A DNA stretch of 32,000 bases. Source: Candidatus Midichloria mitochondrii IricVA. GTDB taxonomy: Bacteria > Pseudomonadota > Alphaproteobacteria > Rickettsiales > Midichloriaceae. The notes beneath the pieces were generated by a model, which was not told where the DNA came from, did not search any database, and saw nothing but the letters and a program-made list of their open reading frames with translations. Position numbers and translations under genes: made by a program. Where the stretch lies: positions 1,151,733 through 1,183,732 of the forward strand of contig NC_015722.1 in assembly GCF_000219355.1 (NCBI RefSeq), written 5' to 3'. Positions 10,187-20,181 of the stretch are shown one piece after another; position 1 is the stretch's first letter, and every line of letters starts with the position of its first letter.

Positions 10187-11407
10187 TTATTTGAAACTCG
10201 CGCTTATAGACTCAGGTAATTCTTTAAGTTTTTCTTTTCTAGAAATAACTGGCAAGATAACAAACAGATGTAAAAAATACCAGGTAGTGCAAAATTGACC
10301 TACAGAGATATAAGGCTCCTCTGGAGGCATGCCTCCGATATAGCCTAGTACTATAAAGTTAACTATAAATATTAATGTAAATATTCTAAATAAGGGCCTA
10401 TAATTAGCGCTTCTGGTTTTGGAGCTATCAAGCCAAGGAAGAAGAAATAATATAACTATTGCACCAAACATAGCCATAACTCCTCCCAATTTATCAGGAA
10501 TAGAGCGCAAAATGGCATAGAACGGTAAGAAGTACCACTCAGGTACTATATGTGGTGGAGTAACCAAAGGATTAGCAGGTATATAATTGTCTGGATGACC
10601 TAGGCTATTTGGACTGAAAAAAACAAATACCAAAAAAATTAGAAAAAATACTCCAAAGCCAAAAAAGTCTTTAACTGTATAATAAGGATGGAAGGGAATA
10701 GTATCGTGCTCTGTTTTAACTTCGATTCCAGTTGGGTTGTTTGATCCATGCTTGTGCAAGGCAACCAAATGGATCATAACTATAGCAACTATCAAAAATG
10801 GCAACAAAAAGTGCAGGGCAAAGAATCTATTTAGAGTTGGATTGTCTACAGAAAAACCGCCCCAAAGCCAGATAACTATATCTTCACCGAAAAAGGGTGT
10901 AGCTGAAAACAAATTAGTAATCACTTTAGCACCCCAAAAGCTCATTTGTCCCCAAGGTAGGACATACCCCATAAATGCGGTCGCCATCATAATAATAAAT
11001 ATTATGATCCCTAAAAACCATAAAAGTTCTCTAGGAGATTTGTAAGAGCCATAAAATAGTGCTTTTGCTATATGGATATATAGCTGCAAAAACATCGAGG
11101 TGCCGACTGCATGAGTGTATCTTATTAGCCAGCCATAATTTACGTTCCTCATGATGTTTTCCACGCTGTCAAATGCCATTTTGACGTGGGGAGTATATTG
11201 CATTGCTAAAAACAAGCCGGTAAGTATTTGTATAATTAACATGATCCCAGCTATGGAACCTAGGTTCCATAAATAATTTAAATTCTTAGGGGTTCCATAT
11301 TCCGAGAAATGTTTTAAGAAGCTAAATATTGGCAGTCTATACTCAACCCACTCTATTACTCTATCAATGGGACTGTTCTTATCCATACTAGAATCAGATT
11401 TCATCAT
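10187..11407 (-). CDS. petB: Cytochrome b of the ubiquinol-cytochrome c reductase (bc1) complex
   Basis: Uninterrupted 406-aa polytopic ORF with the [16 protein letters not shown] motif. It lies 6 nt downstream of the Rieske gene. Confidence 0.92.
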   Translation of the reverse strand: MMKSDSSMDKNSPIDRVIEWVEYRLPIFSFLKHFSEYGTPKNLNYLWNLGSIAGIMLIIQILTGLFLAMQYTPHVKMAFDSVENIMRNVNYGWLIRYTHAVGTSMFLQLYIHIAKALFYGSYKSPRELLWFLGIIIFIIMMATAFMGYVLPWGQMSFWGAKVITNLFSATPFFGEDIVIWLWGGFSVDNPTLNRFFALHFLLPFLIVAIVMIHLVALHKHGSNNPTGIEVKTEHDTIPFHPYYTVKDFFGFGVFFLIFLVFVFFSPNSLGHPDNYIPANPLVTPPHIVPEWYFLPFYAILRSIPDKLGGVMAMFGAIVILFLLPWLDSSKTRSANYRPLFRIFTLIFIVNFIVLGYIGGMPPEEPYISVGQFCTTWYFLHLFVILPVISRKEKLKELPESISASFK

Positions 11408-11413
11408 CTTTGA

Positions 11414-11974
11414 TTAACCTATTTTAATTTTATTGTCGCTTAAGAATTCATAGGGTGGTATAGCCAAATTTGCTGGTGCTGGACCTTTCCTAATCCTTCC
11501 AGAAGAATCATAGTGTGATCCATGGCAAAAGGGGCAGAACCAGCCATCATGATCACCTTTGCCACTAACTGGAACGCACCCCAGGTGAGTACAAACTCCA
11601 ATAGTAATTAGCCACTGCTCTTTGCCTTTTTTAACTCTTTCTTCATCACTTTGTGGATCTCTCAATTCAGCAAGATTTACAGAACGAGCTTCTTCAATTT
11701 GGGCAGAAGTTCTTTTAGTGACAAAAATAGGTTTGCCGCGCCACATAACGGTTATTGTTTCACCTTCTTTAATATTTGATAAATCAACTTCGGTACTGCC
11801 CGCAGCTAAGACGCTAGCATCTGGAGAAAGAGATCTTATAAAAAGGGTACAGCCGCTGCAATAGCTCCAACCCCTGCAACCGCAGAAGCAGCTAAGACAA
11901 CAAAGTCTCTTCTGGTGGATTTTTTCAGTGTCTTCACTTTCTATATCAGCATCACTGACTTTCATATCTGTCAT
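11414..11974 (-). CDS. petA: Rieske Fe-S subunit of the bc1 complex; open frame but with an aberrant N-terminus and an extra residue in cluster box II
   Basis: Box I CTHLGC is present. Box II reads [10 protein letters not shown], where the canonical sequence is CPCHGS. C-terminus is [19 protein letters not shown]. The expected [25 protein letters not shown] is encoded in an alternative frame between 11920-11925 and 11840-11844. Confidence 0.85.
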   Translation of the reverse strand: MTDMKVSDADIESEDTEKIHQKRLCCLSCFCGCRGWSYCSGCTLFIRSLSPDASVLAAGSTEVDLSNIKEGETITVMWRGKPIFVTKRTSAQIEEARSVNLAELRDPQSDEERVKKGKEQWLITIGVCTHLGCVPVSGKGDHDGWFCPFCHGSHYDSSGRIRKGPAPANLAIPPYEFLSDNKIKIG

Positions 11975-12115
11975 AAGGACTTATAAACAACTTACCGTTA
12001 ATCATTAATAATAATGCCGATAGAATATAGATGCATTAATTTTTTGCAAGTAGCAGAATAAAAAATTGTATTTATAGCAAATATGCTATTTCTCTTTATA
12101 GAATTAGACTATAGT

Positions 12116-13934
12116 TCAACTGCAACAGAATGTCCCGTGTTCACATAAATTAAACAAGACTGTATCAGTACTGTCATAAGCAAACACCGGTACTTCTGCA
12201 GTAGTAATTTGAGTATCTCCGTCTCTACATTTATCACCAGGCGTCACATATGCTCTACTGTTTTCCATCATATACTTTTTCAAACCTTATGAAGGCTTTA
12301 GCAGGATCAGAACTGCTATCACCACTATGATACTTGTCATAATCTTTGCATAAATCAAATTTGTCGTTACCTAAGTATTTAGGACCTCTTTAGCTAAGGT
12401 AAGGCCTATCTCCGTTGACGCTAGTATGGCTAACGCTTCCAGATAAATATGTAAAATCTATTGGCTTTGTGCTCCTTGGTTGCTAGCTTAATGCTGCAAT
12501 GAGCCAGTAATGTAGATGATATGTCCTTATTATTTATAAGAAAGGAATAAAATTCATAAAACCAAGCTGTAGTAAATTAAAGTTTGAATATTTGCTATCG
12601 CATTGAGGAGTGTCGTTGCCTTTAAATAATTGTCCTAATCCACTTTTATCTTCTTCAACAATAAGCTCTACTGCTTTGTGAAACTTGCCGAGTTCTAGCT
12701 TATTACAAGATTTCAATAGGATTCTGCCATATTTTGAATCTAATGCCTTTTTCACGTAGCTCTAGTTCTTCTATTTCATCTCTGATAACTGTTGCATAGT
12801 CTTTTTTTTACTTCAAGGTTAGGGATTTTAAATAAGTATTTGCCATTTTCTATTCTTACAGTTAAATACCCGGAATTAAGTAATAAATAAGAATATGCTT
12901 CTTCAAGGTTAATACCTTTTCTTAAATCTTCTTCAAATTTTGATTAAAGAGGTGAGTGGTTGATATCCCAAATTCTGCTTCTTTACCTGCAGCCAGTATT
13001 GCTAGTTTATCAATCATACCATCATTAATGGTGCTATGTAGTAGATTTTTTAGTATCACACTAGCAGTGCTTTCAGACCAGTATCCTCAGGCTGTAGATT
13101 ACCTTCTTTAGCATCGCTTAAATTTAGCTTTGCCCATGGAGCATACACCTTCATCGCTAAAACCAAAGCTCTCACTAAATCTAGGGTCGCCAATACCGTA
13201 GGGTTACGACATTATTAAAACTAGATTGTCCTTCTCTTTTTACAGTGTCATATATACCGGTTAGGACGATCTTCTGTAAGTATTCGTTACCTTCACCACA
13301 CTCTGGACATCGTCTTTGATATGAATTTGATAGTTTTTTCCATAAGATTTATTATCTCGGTTGTTTGCTTCTAATAAATGATTTACCGGTTTATCATATT
13401 CGTCTACTAAAATATATGCCCTTTCTTTATGATGCTTATATAACAACTCACTTAAAAATTTAAGACTTGATGGTAGTTTAGAGAGAGCAATATCATCCAC
13501 AGTCAACTTATTACTTTTATTAGATATTCATGTTTTTTAAAAAGAGATTTAATTACATCACGAAATTTTTCCTGTATAGCCTCAAAGTTGTCTTCTACTA
13601 CATCCTCAAAATCTGCGAAGATAACGGGATATTTGCCATGGTACTCCATATATTCACTATTATTTATTTGAGAAATTTTTAATGGTTTTGTATTTTTCGC
13701 GCTTTTAGTATCTAAGCTAGTTGCTTCACCGGTAAAAAGCATTTTATCAGAATTTTTAAACATGTATAGATTAATACTCTTGCCCCATCTTCTCGGTTTC
13801 GTAATGAAAGTAGCTTTTGGAGCTCCATCTATAATTTCTTGAATAAATAGAGTTTTATCTACAAAAACTTCACTTTCAGCGACCATTTTCTTAAAAATGC
13901 TTACGCCAACAAATATTTTTCGTCTAGTCGCCAT
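12116..13934 (-). pseudogene. AAA-ATPase-like (PF09820-type) plus PD-(D/E)XK (PDDEXK_9-type) protein, multiply frameshifted
   Basis: The N-terminus VGVSIFKKMVAESEVFVDKTLFIQEIIDG...FITKPRRWGKSINLYMF matches the remembered family start (DKT.fI..l, RPRRFGKS). The next ORF carries YILVDEYDKPVN. Downstream fragments down to about 12116 are in shifting frames with stops. Confidence 0.6.
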
Positions 13935-14037
13935 ATCGCAAAACCTAAAAAATTAAATAACTCACACCTCAAAGATTGCGATAAAGCATTAACAGACTTT
14001 TGGGCTACATGCAACGAAAAACTATTCTACGTCAATA

Positions 14038-15738
14038 TCAGTAAATAGAAACATTGTTTTCCTTTTTGGGTATGGCACCGAAAGGTATACCTTGTGCAGT
14101 CATTGCTTCTTGTATAACGGTTGGTATTTTTGCTTCAAGGACTTTTGCGAGTGGCTTAATAATTCCCAATATCTCAAGTAACTCTATGAATAAATTTTTA
14201 CTTTCTGCAGTTCGTAGATGTGTTGCTTGATTGCCTTCTACTACACCTTTGCAATATTCAGTGTTGTTTTTCACAAATTCTTCTACCTTTTTCATATCGA
14301 AATCTTTCTTATTTATATTAACACATAATGAAAGTTCTATTTCCACAGCAAATAGCTGCATTTCTTTTTGGCGATTTTTTAATCGATCTGATAGAAAAGT
14401 GGAAATTAATTTCGATAGAGCATCTTTATCCTGCGTGGTAACTGCTTGAGCCCCTTCAATACCAATTGAGTATGCGAACTCTCTTAGCGGCTCTGCCCCA
14501 TAAAATTGCTTAAGAGTATGAAAAGAGCTTTCGAGACATTCTGTTAAATCAAAGCTTGCCACCCGTCTCAATTCGTCAGCAAATTCTTGAGTTATTTTCA
14601 TTTCATTTGGATATTCTCTAAAGTGATTTGTTGGACCAAAACCTGGCAAGTGCTCAATAATAGAATGAGGATTTAACTTAGGAGTTAGTTTTTTAAATGC
14701 CCAGCCGAAATCTATTCTCACCATTTTATTTTGTCCATTTTCTGAAACAACCCCAACATTACCCCAATGTACATCGTAATCTGCTATCAATAATGAGGTA
14801 ACCATTGCTTGAGGAAATCCTCTGTAATATTTATGATTATCCCTCGCTAGGGCTTGCTCAAAGATTCTTCTATTTATGGTTCCTACATTTCTTGGCCTTG
14901 CAGCTGGAGCGGGTAAATCCATACTTTCGTAGGCATGCACATATAAGTCTTTATAATTATTAAAAAACTTAGATGCGACATATACATTCTCTCCAGTTTG
15001 ATCAGGAGTAACCATCCCTGGTAGTGTGCTAACCAGTTTTATTTCTGCTCCATAACCTGGAGCGGTTTTAGCAAATATTTGGCCAGCTAAATATTCAGAG
15101 ATGTTGCTGTGATTTGATACTCCATATCTGGTATTTTCTTGTTTTATTAAGTAAGTATTGCCAGTTCTTTTATATATGCCGCCTTCTTTTCCTCCGTCGT
15201 TTGCTCCACCTTCTTTGCCCTTTTGAAAAACAAAGTCAGTTATGTTGAGGATTTCCTGGTCAATGGATTCACTTTCGTTTTGTGTTTGTCCGTGGGGAAA
15301 ATAGCGAACTGTTGGTTCGCCAAATAGGTATTGATTAAATAGTTCTATCCTAATTTCTGGAGATTTCTCTGTCTCTTCCTGAAATAAATAATATTCTAGC
15401 TGTTCTCCACTACCATACTTTTCTTTGATATCGAAAAATCTATTTAAACCGGCCTTTACTACTATGCTTGGAATGCCTGCTATAGTATTATCTTTTTTAA
15501 ATCCCCGATCTATCCTTAGCTTTAAATTATGTTCTCGAAAAATTTGTAATAATTGTTCTGTCTCTGTAACACTAGTTAACGCTTCTCTCACTAAATCAGG
15601 ATTTTGTATTTCTATCTCGATGGAGAGCTGAGCGCGGTTACTACTCAAAGTCGTTGATTTTGTGTTGTGTAGTAGTAAATCTTTTATGAAGTTTTGGTCT
15701 ATTATTATGGATTTCTTATTATTTTCGTTGGAAGGCAT
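14038..15738 (-). CDS. Hypothetical 566-aa protein with PI3/PI4-kinase-like (DxHxxN ... IDFG) catalytic motifs; candidate secreted effector
   Basis: Uninterrupted ORF. Gly-rich GKEGGANDGGKEGGIY (174-189), YLIK (K199), LLIADYDVHWGNVGV (D322, H324, N327) and RIDFGWAF (D343-G345; nt 14704-14781). The spacing resembles the lipid/protein-kinase catalytic and activation loops. No signal peptide or TM helix is evident. Confidence 0.5.
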   Translation of the reverse strand: MPSNENNKKSIIIDQNFIKDLLLHNTKSTTLSSNRAQLSIEIEIQNPDLVREALTSVTETEQLLQIFREHNLKLRIDRGFKKDNTIAGIPSIVVKAGLNRFFDIKEKYGSGEQLEYYLFQEETEKSPEIRIELFNQYLFGEPTVRYFPHGQTQNESESIDQEILNITDFVFQKGKEGGANDGGKEGGIYKRTGNTYLIKQENTRYGVSNHSNISEYLAGQIFAKTAPGYGAEIKLVSTLPGMVTPDQTGENVYVASKFFNNYKDLYVHAYESMDLPAPAARPRNVGTINRRIFEQALARDNHKYYRGFPQAMVTSLLIADYDVHWGNVGVVSENGQNKMVRIDFGWAFKKLTPKLNPHSIIEHLPGFGPTNHFREYPNEMKITQEFADELRRVASFDLTECLESSFHTLKQFYGAEPLREFAYSIGIEGAQAVTTQDKDALSKLISTFLSDRLKNRQKEMQLFAVEIELSLCVNINKKDFDMKKVEEFVKNNTEYCKGVVEGNQATHLRTAESKNLFIELLEILGIIKPLAKVLEAKIPTVIQEAMTAQGIPFGAIPKKENNVSIY

Positions 15739-15891
15739 GTTTAAACAGTAAGAAAGCTATTATACCTTGAGTAGTATATAGTATTTTGCGACGCAAAAAA
15801 ATAAGAATATTAAAATAAGAGTTTTTAATCATATATTAATATCCAGAATTATATAATTGTTTACTTAGGTTATATAGGCATCTGTGCAGTT

Positions 15892-16880
15892 ATGAAAAAA
15901 TAGCTTTGTCATGTGGCATAGGTAACGCAATCGAGTGGTACGACTTTGTTGTATATGGATACTTGCTCAGGTTATTATGGTATTTGGTTCGTTCGCTGCG
16001 GGTTTTATAGCAAGACCGATAGGAGCTTTAATATTTGGAAGAATAGGCGATAATTCCAGCTGTAAAAAAGCGCTAGCTATATCACAATATATATGATGGC
16101 CATTCCAACTACATTAATAGGGTTGTTGCCAACTTATGAGAATATAGGTATTTGGGTGCCTATTATATTAACAGGTTTACGAATTGCTCAGGGACTTTGC
16201 TATAGGCGGTGAGTTTACAGGCTCAATGATATTTTTTAGTGGAGAACGGCTCCAAATAATAAAAAGGGATTTTATGGCAGCATTGCAACCTTTAGAACGG
16301 TGGTGGGAGTAATTATTGGTTCTATGAGCGCTATTGGTGGTGTAATTGGTAGTTACATAAGAAGAAATGTTATGGATCCGAAGCTCTATACTAAGGGGCG
16401 TAATAAACTGGTAAAGTTATCAGTGAATAATCTCTTCTATCAATATAGAATCAAGATGTTGCATGTTATTTTCATAGATTTTTTACAGCAGTTGGCTTTT
16501 TTATGGTGGTGATTTTTATCGCGTCCTACTTTTGAAAATATACTAATAGGTGGTGCTGCCCAGTACATTAATACTTTTTATATGGTTCTGTTTGCTATTT
16601 TTACTTTGGTGGGGGGCATTCTATCTGATAGGATTGATATAAAGAGAGTAACCCCTTGCGTTTTGTTTTTACCGTCTTCCTATAATTTATTTGAATTAAT
16701 TCAGTATAGTAGTTATTCCTTATTACTTTGATTGCTGCTTTTCTTTTGGAAAAGACCAATAACTTAAATTCTCCCGCCTTTTTATTAATGGGTGCTGCTT
16801 TATTATCGCTAATAGGGGTAGTAAAATTACGTGTTGATAAAAGATCTGAAGATGTTTTTCTTTTTGATAGGGAATTATAA
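15892..16880 (+). pseudogene. ProP-like MFS transporter, heavily degraded and 3'-truncated by IS copy C
   Basis: ATG 15892 then A6 then TAG. With a shifted frame it reads KIALSCGIGNAIEWYDFVVYGY. Later fragments are FGSFAAGFIARPIGALIFGRIGD, MMAIPTTLIGLLPTYENIGIWVPIILTGLRIAQGL and GGEFTGSMIF, scattered over all three frames with stops. Confidence 0.6.
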
Positions 16881-17827
16881 TAACCCCAGAAAGGTTTTGA
16901 GGTAAGTTTTAAAGAAATTATCTGATATGGTTTTAAAGAAGCTGTGTAACCGTTAGGTTCTTCTCAATTTCACGATAAATAAGGAAAGTGGTTTCCCTAG
17001 TAGAAATATTTTGTTTGATTGATGATTTTTGCAAGCGACAACTCACGTACCAAAGATCCTTAAGAAACTCGCAGAGACAAAGGGAACGAGAGTCTGGGAT
17101 GATGCTTTCCGAAGTTATAACGATCCTCGTTTTGTTTCATTTGAGGGCATTACCGGATTCAAAGATTTTTACCTAAACTGTGTTCAAATCTCTCTCAGAG
17201 AGGAATTGCCGAAGCTTATCAGCTACAATCGCTTTGTTGAGCTGATGCGAGACGCGGTCATCCCGTTGGTCATTCTGCTGAATTGCTGCAAAGGGAAACA
17301 AACAGGTACGTTGACTCAACAAAAAGCTGGAAGGTTTGTCATAACTTACGTATTAGCCGTAATAAGGTCCTTAAAGGCATCGCTCAGCGTGGGAAAACGT
17401 CGACCCGGATGGTTCTTTGGCCTCAATGATCAAGGAGAGATTATGTCATTCACACTGACTTCGGGTAATACAGATGATCGAGCCGCTGTCGAGAAACTGA
17501 CTCAATATTTGACAGGCCTTCTATTCGGAGATCGGTGGTATATAAGCAAAAACACTGAGCAATCAAGGTATTGAGCTCATCACACGGCTTAAGAAAAACA
17601 AAACCCGCTTGCGGCTTTTAAACAACTGCTTCTTGCAGGGCGTGGATTGATTGAAACAGCCATCGGACAATTGAAAGAGATTTGCCAAATCCAGCGCCAC
17701 GGCATCGCTCGCCAAACAATTTCTTGGCAGACCTCTTTCTCAGGGCTCTTGGCTTATGTCTTCAAACCCAATATATCTCATGGAAAAATAGGCTCATGGG
17801 CATACTCCTTACGTCAAACTGAGGTTT
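16881..17827 (+). mobile_element. IS982-family element, copy C (full length, transposase frame broken)
   Basis: Left end TAACCCCAGAAAGG... at 16881, right end ...ACGTCAAACTGAGGTT near 17826. Motif series as in copy B. This copy has FVELMRDAVIPLVILLNCCKGKQTG in frame (no extra G in GAGCTGATGCGAG). Confidence 0.8.
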
Positions 17828-17921
17828 TTTATCGTAAAATTGAGAAAAATTTAACGGTTACACAGCTTTTTTAAAACCATATCAGATAATTTCTTTAAAA
17901 CTTACCTCAAACCTGGGGTTA
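17828..17921 (-). repeat. Inverted duplicate of the first ~95 bp of the IS982-family left end, abutting the right end of copy C
   Basis: The reverse complement of 17828-17921 aligns with 16881-16979 (TAACCCCAG..TTTGAGGTAAGTTTTAAAGAAATTATCTGATATGGTTTTAAA.AAGCTGTGTAACCGTTA...CTCAATTT.ACGATAA) with a few mismatches and indels. Confidence 0.75.
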
Positions 17922-18077
17922 ATAATATTTTAACATTATTTTGTGATGCAAATGCCAATGCATTGATTTATAACAATTCTCGAAGAAGACGAAGCATGCC
18001 TATAGAAAATTCTCATCAAGATGTTGAGTGGCGAATTTTATTTGCAGGAGATTTCTGCTGCAAAGCTCGTTTTCACG

Positions 18078-18126
18078 ATGGCCTGCCTTGCAATTGAAGC
18101 TTGCAAATAGTCAGAAGGCAGGCCAT
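18078..18126. repeat. Perfect 12-bp GC-rich inverted repeat (ATGGCCTGCCTT / AAGGCAGGCCAT) with a 25-nt spacer
   Basis: Read directly. Arms are at 18078-18089 and 18115-18126. The spacer holds a smaller GCAA/TTGC pairing. The site is intergenic, about 160 nt downstream of the SLT gene stop. Confidence 0.7.
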
Positions 18127-18284
18127 ATTTCCGCTGTTACAAATTCACTTTATATAGCTTTCTTGGAGAGAAATTACATATCTGCTTACTATCAACCATT
18201 TAGGCTAACAGAGGAAGATATACCTTAAATTAAAAAAGCATACATGCAGTCTTCTGTCATTAGCGACCCCAGCCCTTTCCACCA

Positions 18285-18974
18285 CTAAGGCAACATAGTA
18301 ACACTGCTGTCCTTTGCGCTTGTACGCACTATGATATCGCTATCCAAGTTATTCAAATTTCTGCTGATTATGACCCTGTGATAAGTTTTTGGCTCGATCT
18401 TTTGTTTGCGATCAAAGCCAACTTTTGACCCTAAGCGGTGATTATGCCATATCTTATGCACTTTTGCTGCATAGTTTTTCCCCTTCTCCTCGGTGCGTGA
18501 ATGGTATATAGCAACAGCTTTAGCCCAATCCTTAGTGCGCTCATAATTTTGCGATAAGAAATAAGCTGCATAGGCAGTATTAAAAACTGGATTAAAAGCG
18601 TGTTCTGGTTTTTTGAAGTGTTTTTTACCGTGATAATACCAATTAATCTGAGCGCACCCAACGTCAACTTGTTCTATACCTTTTGCCAAGACAGATTTCA
18701 AAAAATTTACTGCTTCTTGTTTAGTAGCAAAATAATGTGCCTTCCCCGCCACATTTAAAGTCCAAGGCCACGGCAATATCCTCTTATGCTTCTCATTCCA
18801 TTTACCGGACTCAACAGTTGCAATTGAATGCAACAAATTACGCGGCAGCTTATATCTCTCTTCATAAAAATTGATAGCTTTAGTACAATGAAGATAATCG
18901 CTTTCTGCAGCAGCCGCTTTATTTATTGTAAGATTTATAGAAAGTAAAACTAATAACAATCTAAATAAGTACAT
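18285..18974 (-). CDS. Lytic transglycosylase (SLT domain) with N-terminal signal peptide
   Basis: 229-aa ORF with MYLFRLLLVLLSINLTINKAAAA as signal peptide. It has the SLT catalytic-region pattern ATVESG and a later AYAAYFL segment. Confidence 0.75.
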   Translation of the reverse strand: MYLFRLLLVLLSINLTINKAAAAESDYLHCTKAINFYEERYKLPRNLLHSIATVESGKWNEKHKRILPWPWTLNVAGKAHYFATKQEAVNFLKSVLAKGIEQVDVGCAQINWYYHGKKHFKKPEHAFNPVFNTAYAAYFLSQNYERTKDWAKAVAIYHSRTEEKGKNYAAKVHKIWHNHRLGSKVGFDRKQKIEPKTYHRVIISRNLNNLDSDIIVRTSAKDSSVTMLP

Positions 18975-19161
18975 CCCAACTCTTCTAAATAATTATAATT
19001 AGTGAAGGGTAATTCTACAGAAATAAATCCCGGTAGTCTACATCGATATCGTAAAAGTTGTGACGAAATACCATGCAATTTTATAAGTATATTATGTTCA
19101 GTTTGACATCGGAATCATATCACTAAAAAATTTAAACAATCAATATGAAAATTGATCTATA

Positions 19162-20181
19162 TCAAGATAGTAAATCACTATGAGGCTTAGCATTATTTAT
19201 ATACTGTATGCAAGTTTCCGTTAATATCCTGCCTCTCGGAGTCCTCGCGATAAAGCCGATTTGCATTAAATAAGGCTCAATCACATCCTCAATAGTACCC
19301 TGATCCTCTGATAAACCAGCAGCGATGGTTTCAATCCCCACTGGGCCAGTTTTATAATTTCTAGCTATATAATTGATATAACTATAATCCAGTTTATCCA
19401 AACCAAGTGCGTCAATTCCAAGAGCAACCAAAGCACTTTTTACCATTGCCGAATCAACCACACTTTTGTTGTCATAATGAGCAAAATCCCTGGTTCTTCG
19501 AAGTAAACGCATTGCGATTCTTGGCGTCCCTCTTGAAGATTTAGCAAGCTCTTCTGCAGCCTCTTGGCTTATACCAATCTTCATAAGGGTAGCTCCTCTT
19601 GTTATAACTTTTGTTAACCCACCCACAGAGTAAAATTCTAATTTAAGTGGAATACCAAACCGATCGCGCAGAGGATTAGACAGCAATCCCATCCTAGTCG
19701 TTGCTCCGATTAAAGTAAACGGCGGTAAATTAATCTTTACCGTTCTGGCGGCCGGGCCTTCACCAATAATTAGATCTATTATGTAATCCTCCATAGCCGG
19801 ATAAAGAAGCTCTTCAACTGAGGCACTAAGTCTATGGATTTCATCTATGAATAATACGTCGTTTGGCTGTAGGTTAGTTAAAATTGCAGCTAATTCTCCA
19901 ACCTTCGAAATCATTGGGCCGGATGTTACCCTAATATTCACCTTTAGCTCGTGGGCGACAATTTGCGACAACGTGGTTTTACCAAGGCCTGGGGGGCCAT
20001 AAAAAAGAATATGGTCAAGCGGCTCTTTTCTGAGCTTTGTTGCCGCTATGAATACATTTAAATTCTCTTTTAATTTCTCTTGTCCAATAAAGTCAGCTAA
20101 GCTCTTCGGTCTAAGAGCGACATCAGCAAGATCTTCCAAACTCTCCATTGAACTTGTTACGTACTCAGCTCCTCTACTCAT
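19162..20181 (-). CDS. ruvB: Holliday junction branch migration helicase RuvB
   Basis: 339-aa ORF with [12 protein letters not shown], Walker [10 protein letters not shown], Walker [10 protein letters not shown], and GATTR. Confidence 0.93.
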   Translation of the reverse strand: MSRGAEYVTSSMESLEDLADVALRPKSLADFIGQEKLKENLNVFIAATKLRKEPLDHILFYGPPGLGKTTLSQIVAHELKVNIRVTSGPMISKVGELAAILTNLQPNDVLFIDEIHRLSASVEELLYPAMEDYIIDLIIGEGPAARTVKINLPPFTLIGATTRMGLLSNPLRDRFGIPLKLEFYSVGGLTKVITRGATLMKIGISQEAAEELAKSSRGTPRIAMRLLRRTRDFAHYDNKSVVDSAMVKSALVALGIDALGLDKLDYSYINYIARNYKTGPVGIETIAAGLSEDQGTIEDVIEPYLMQIGFIARTPRGRILTETCIQYINNAKPHSDLLS

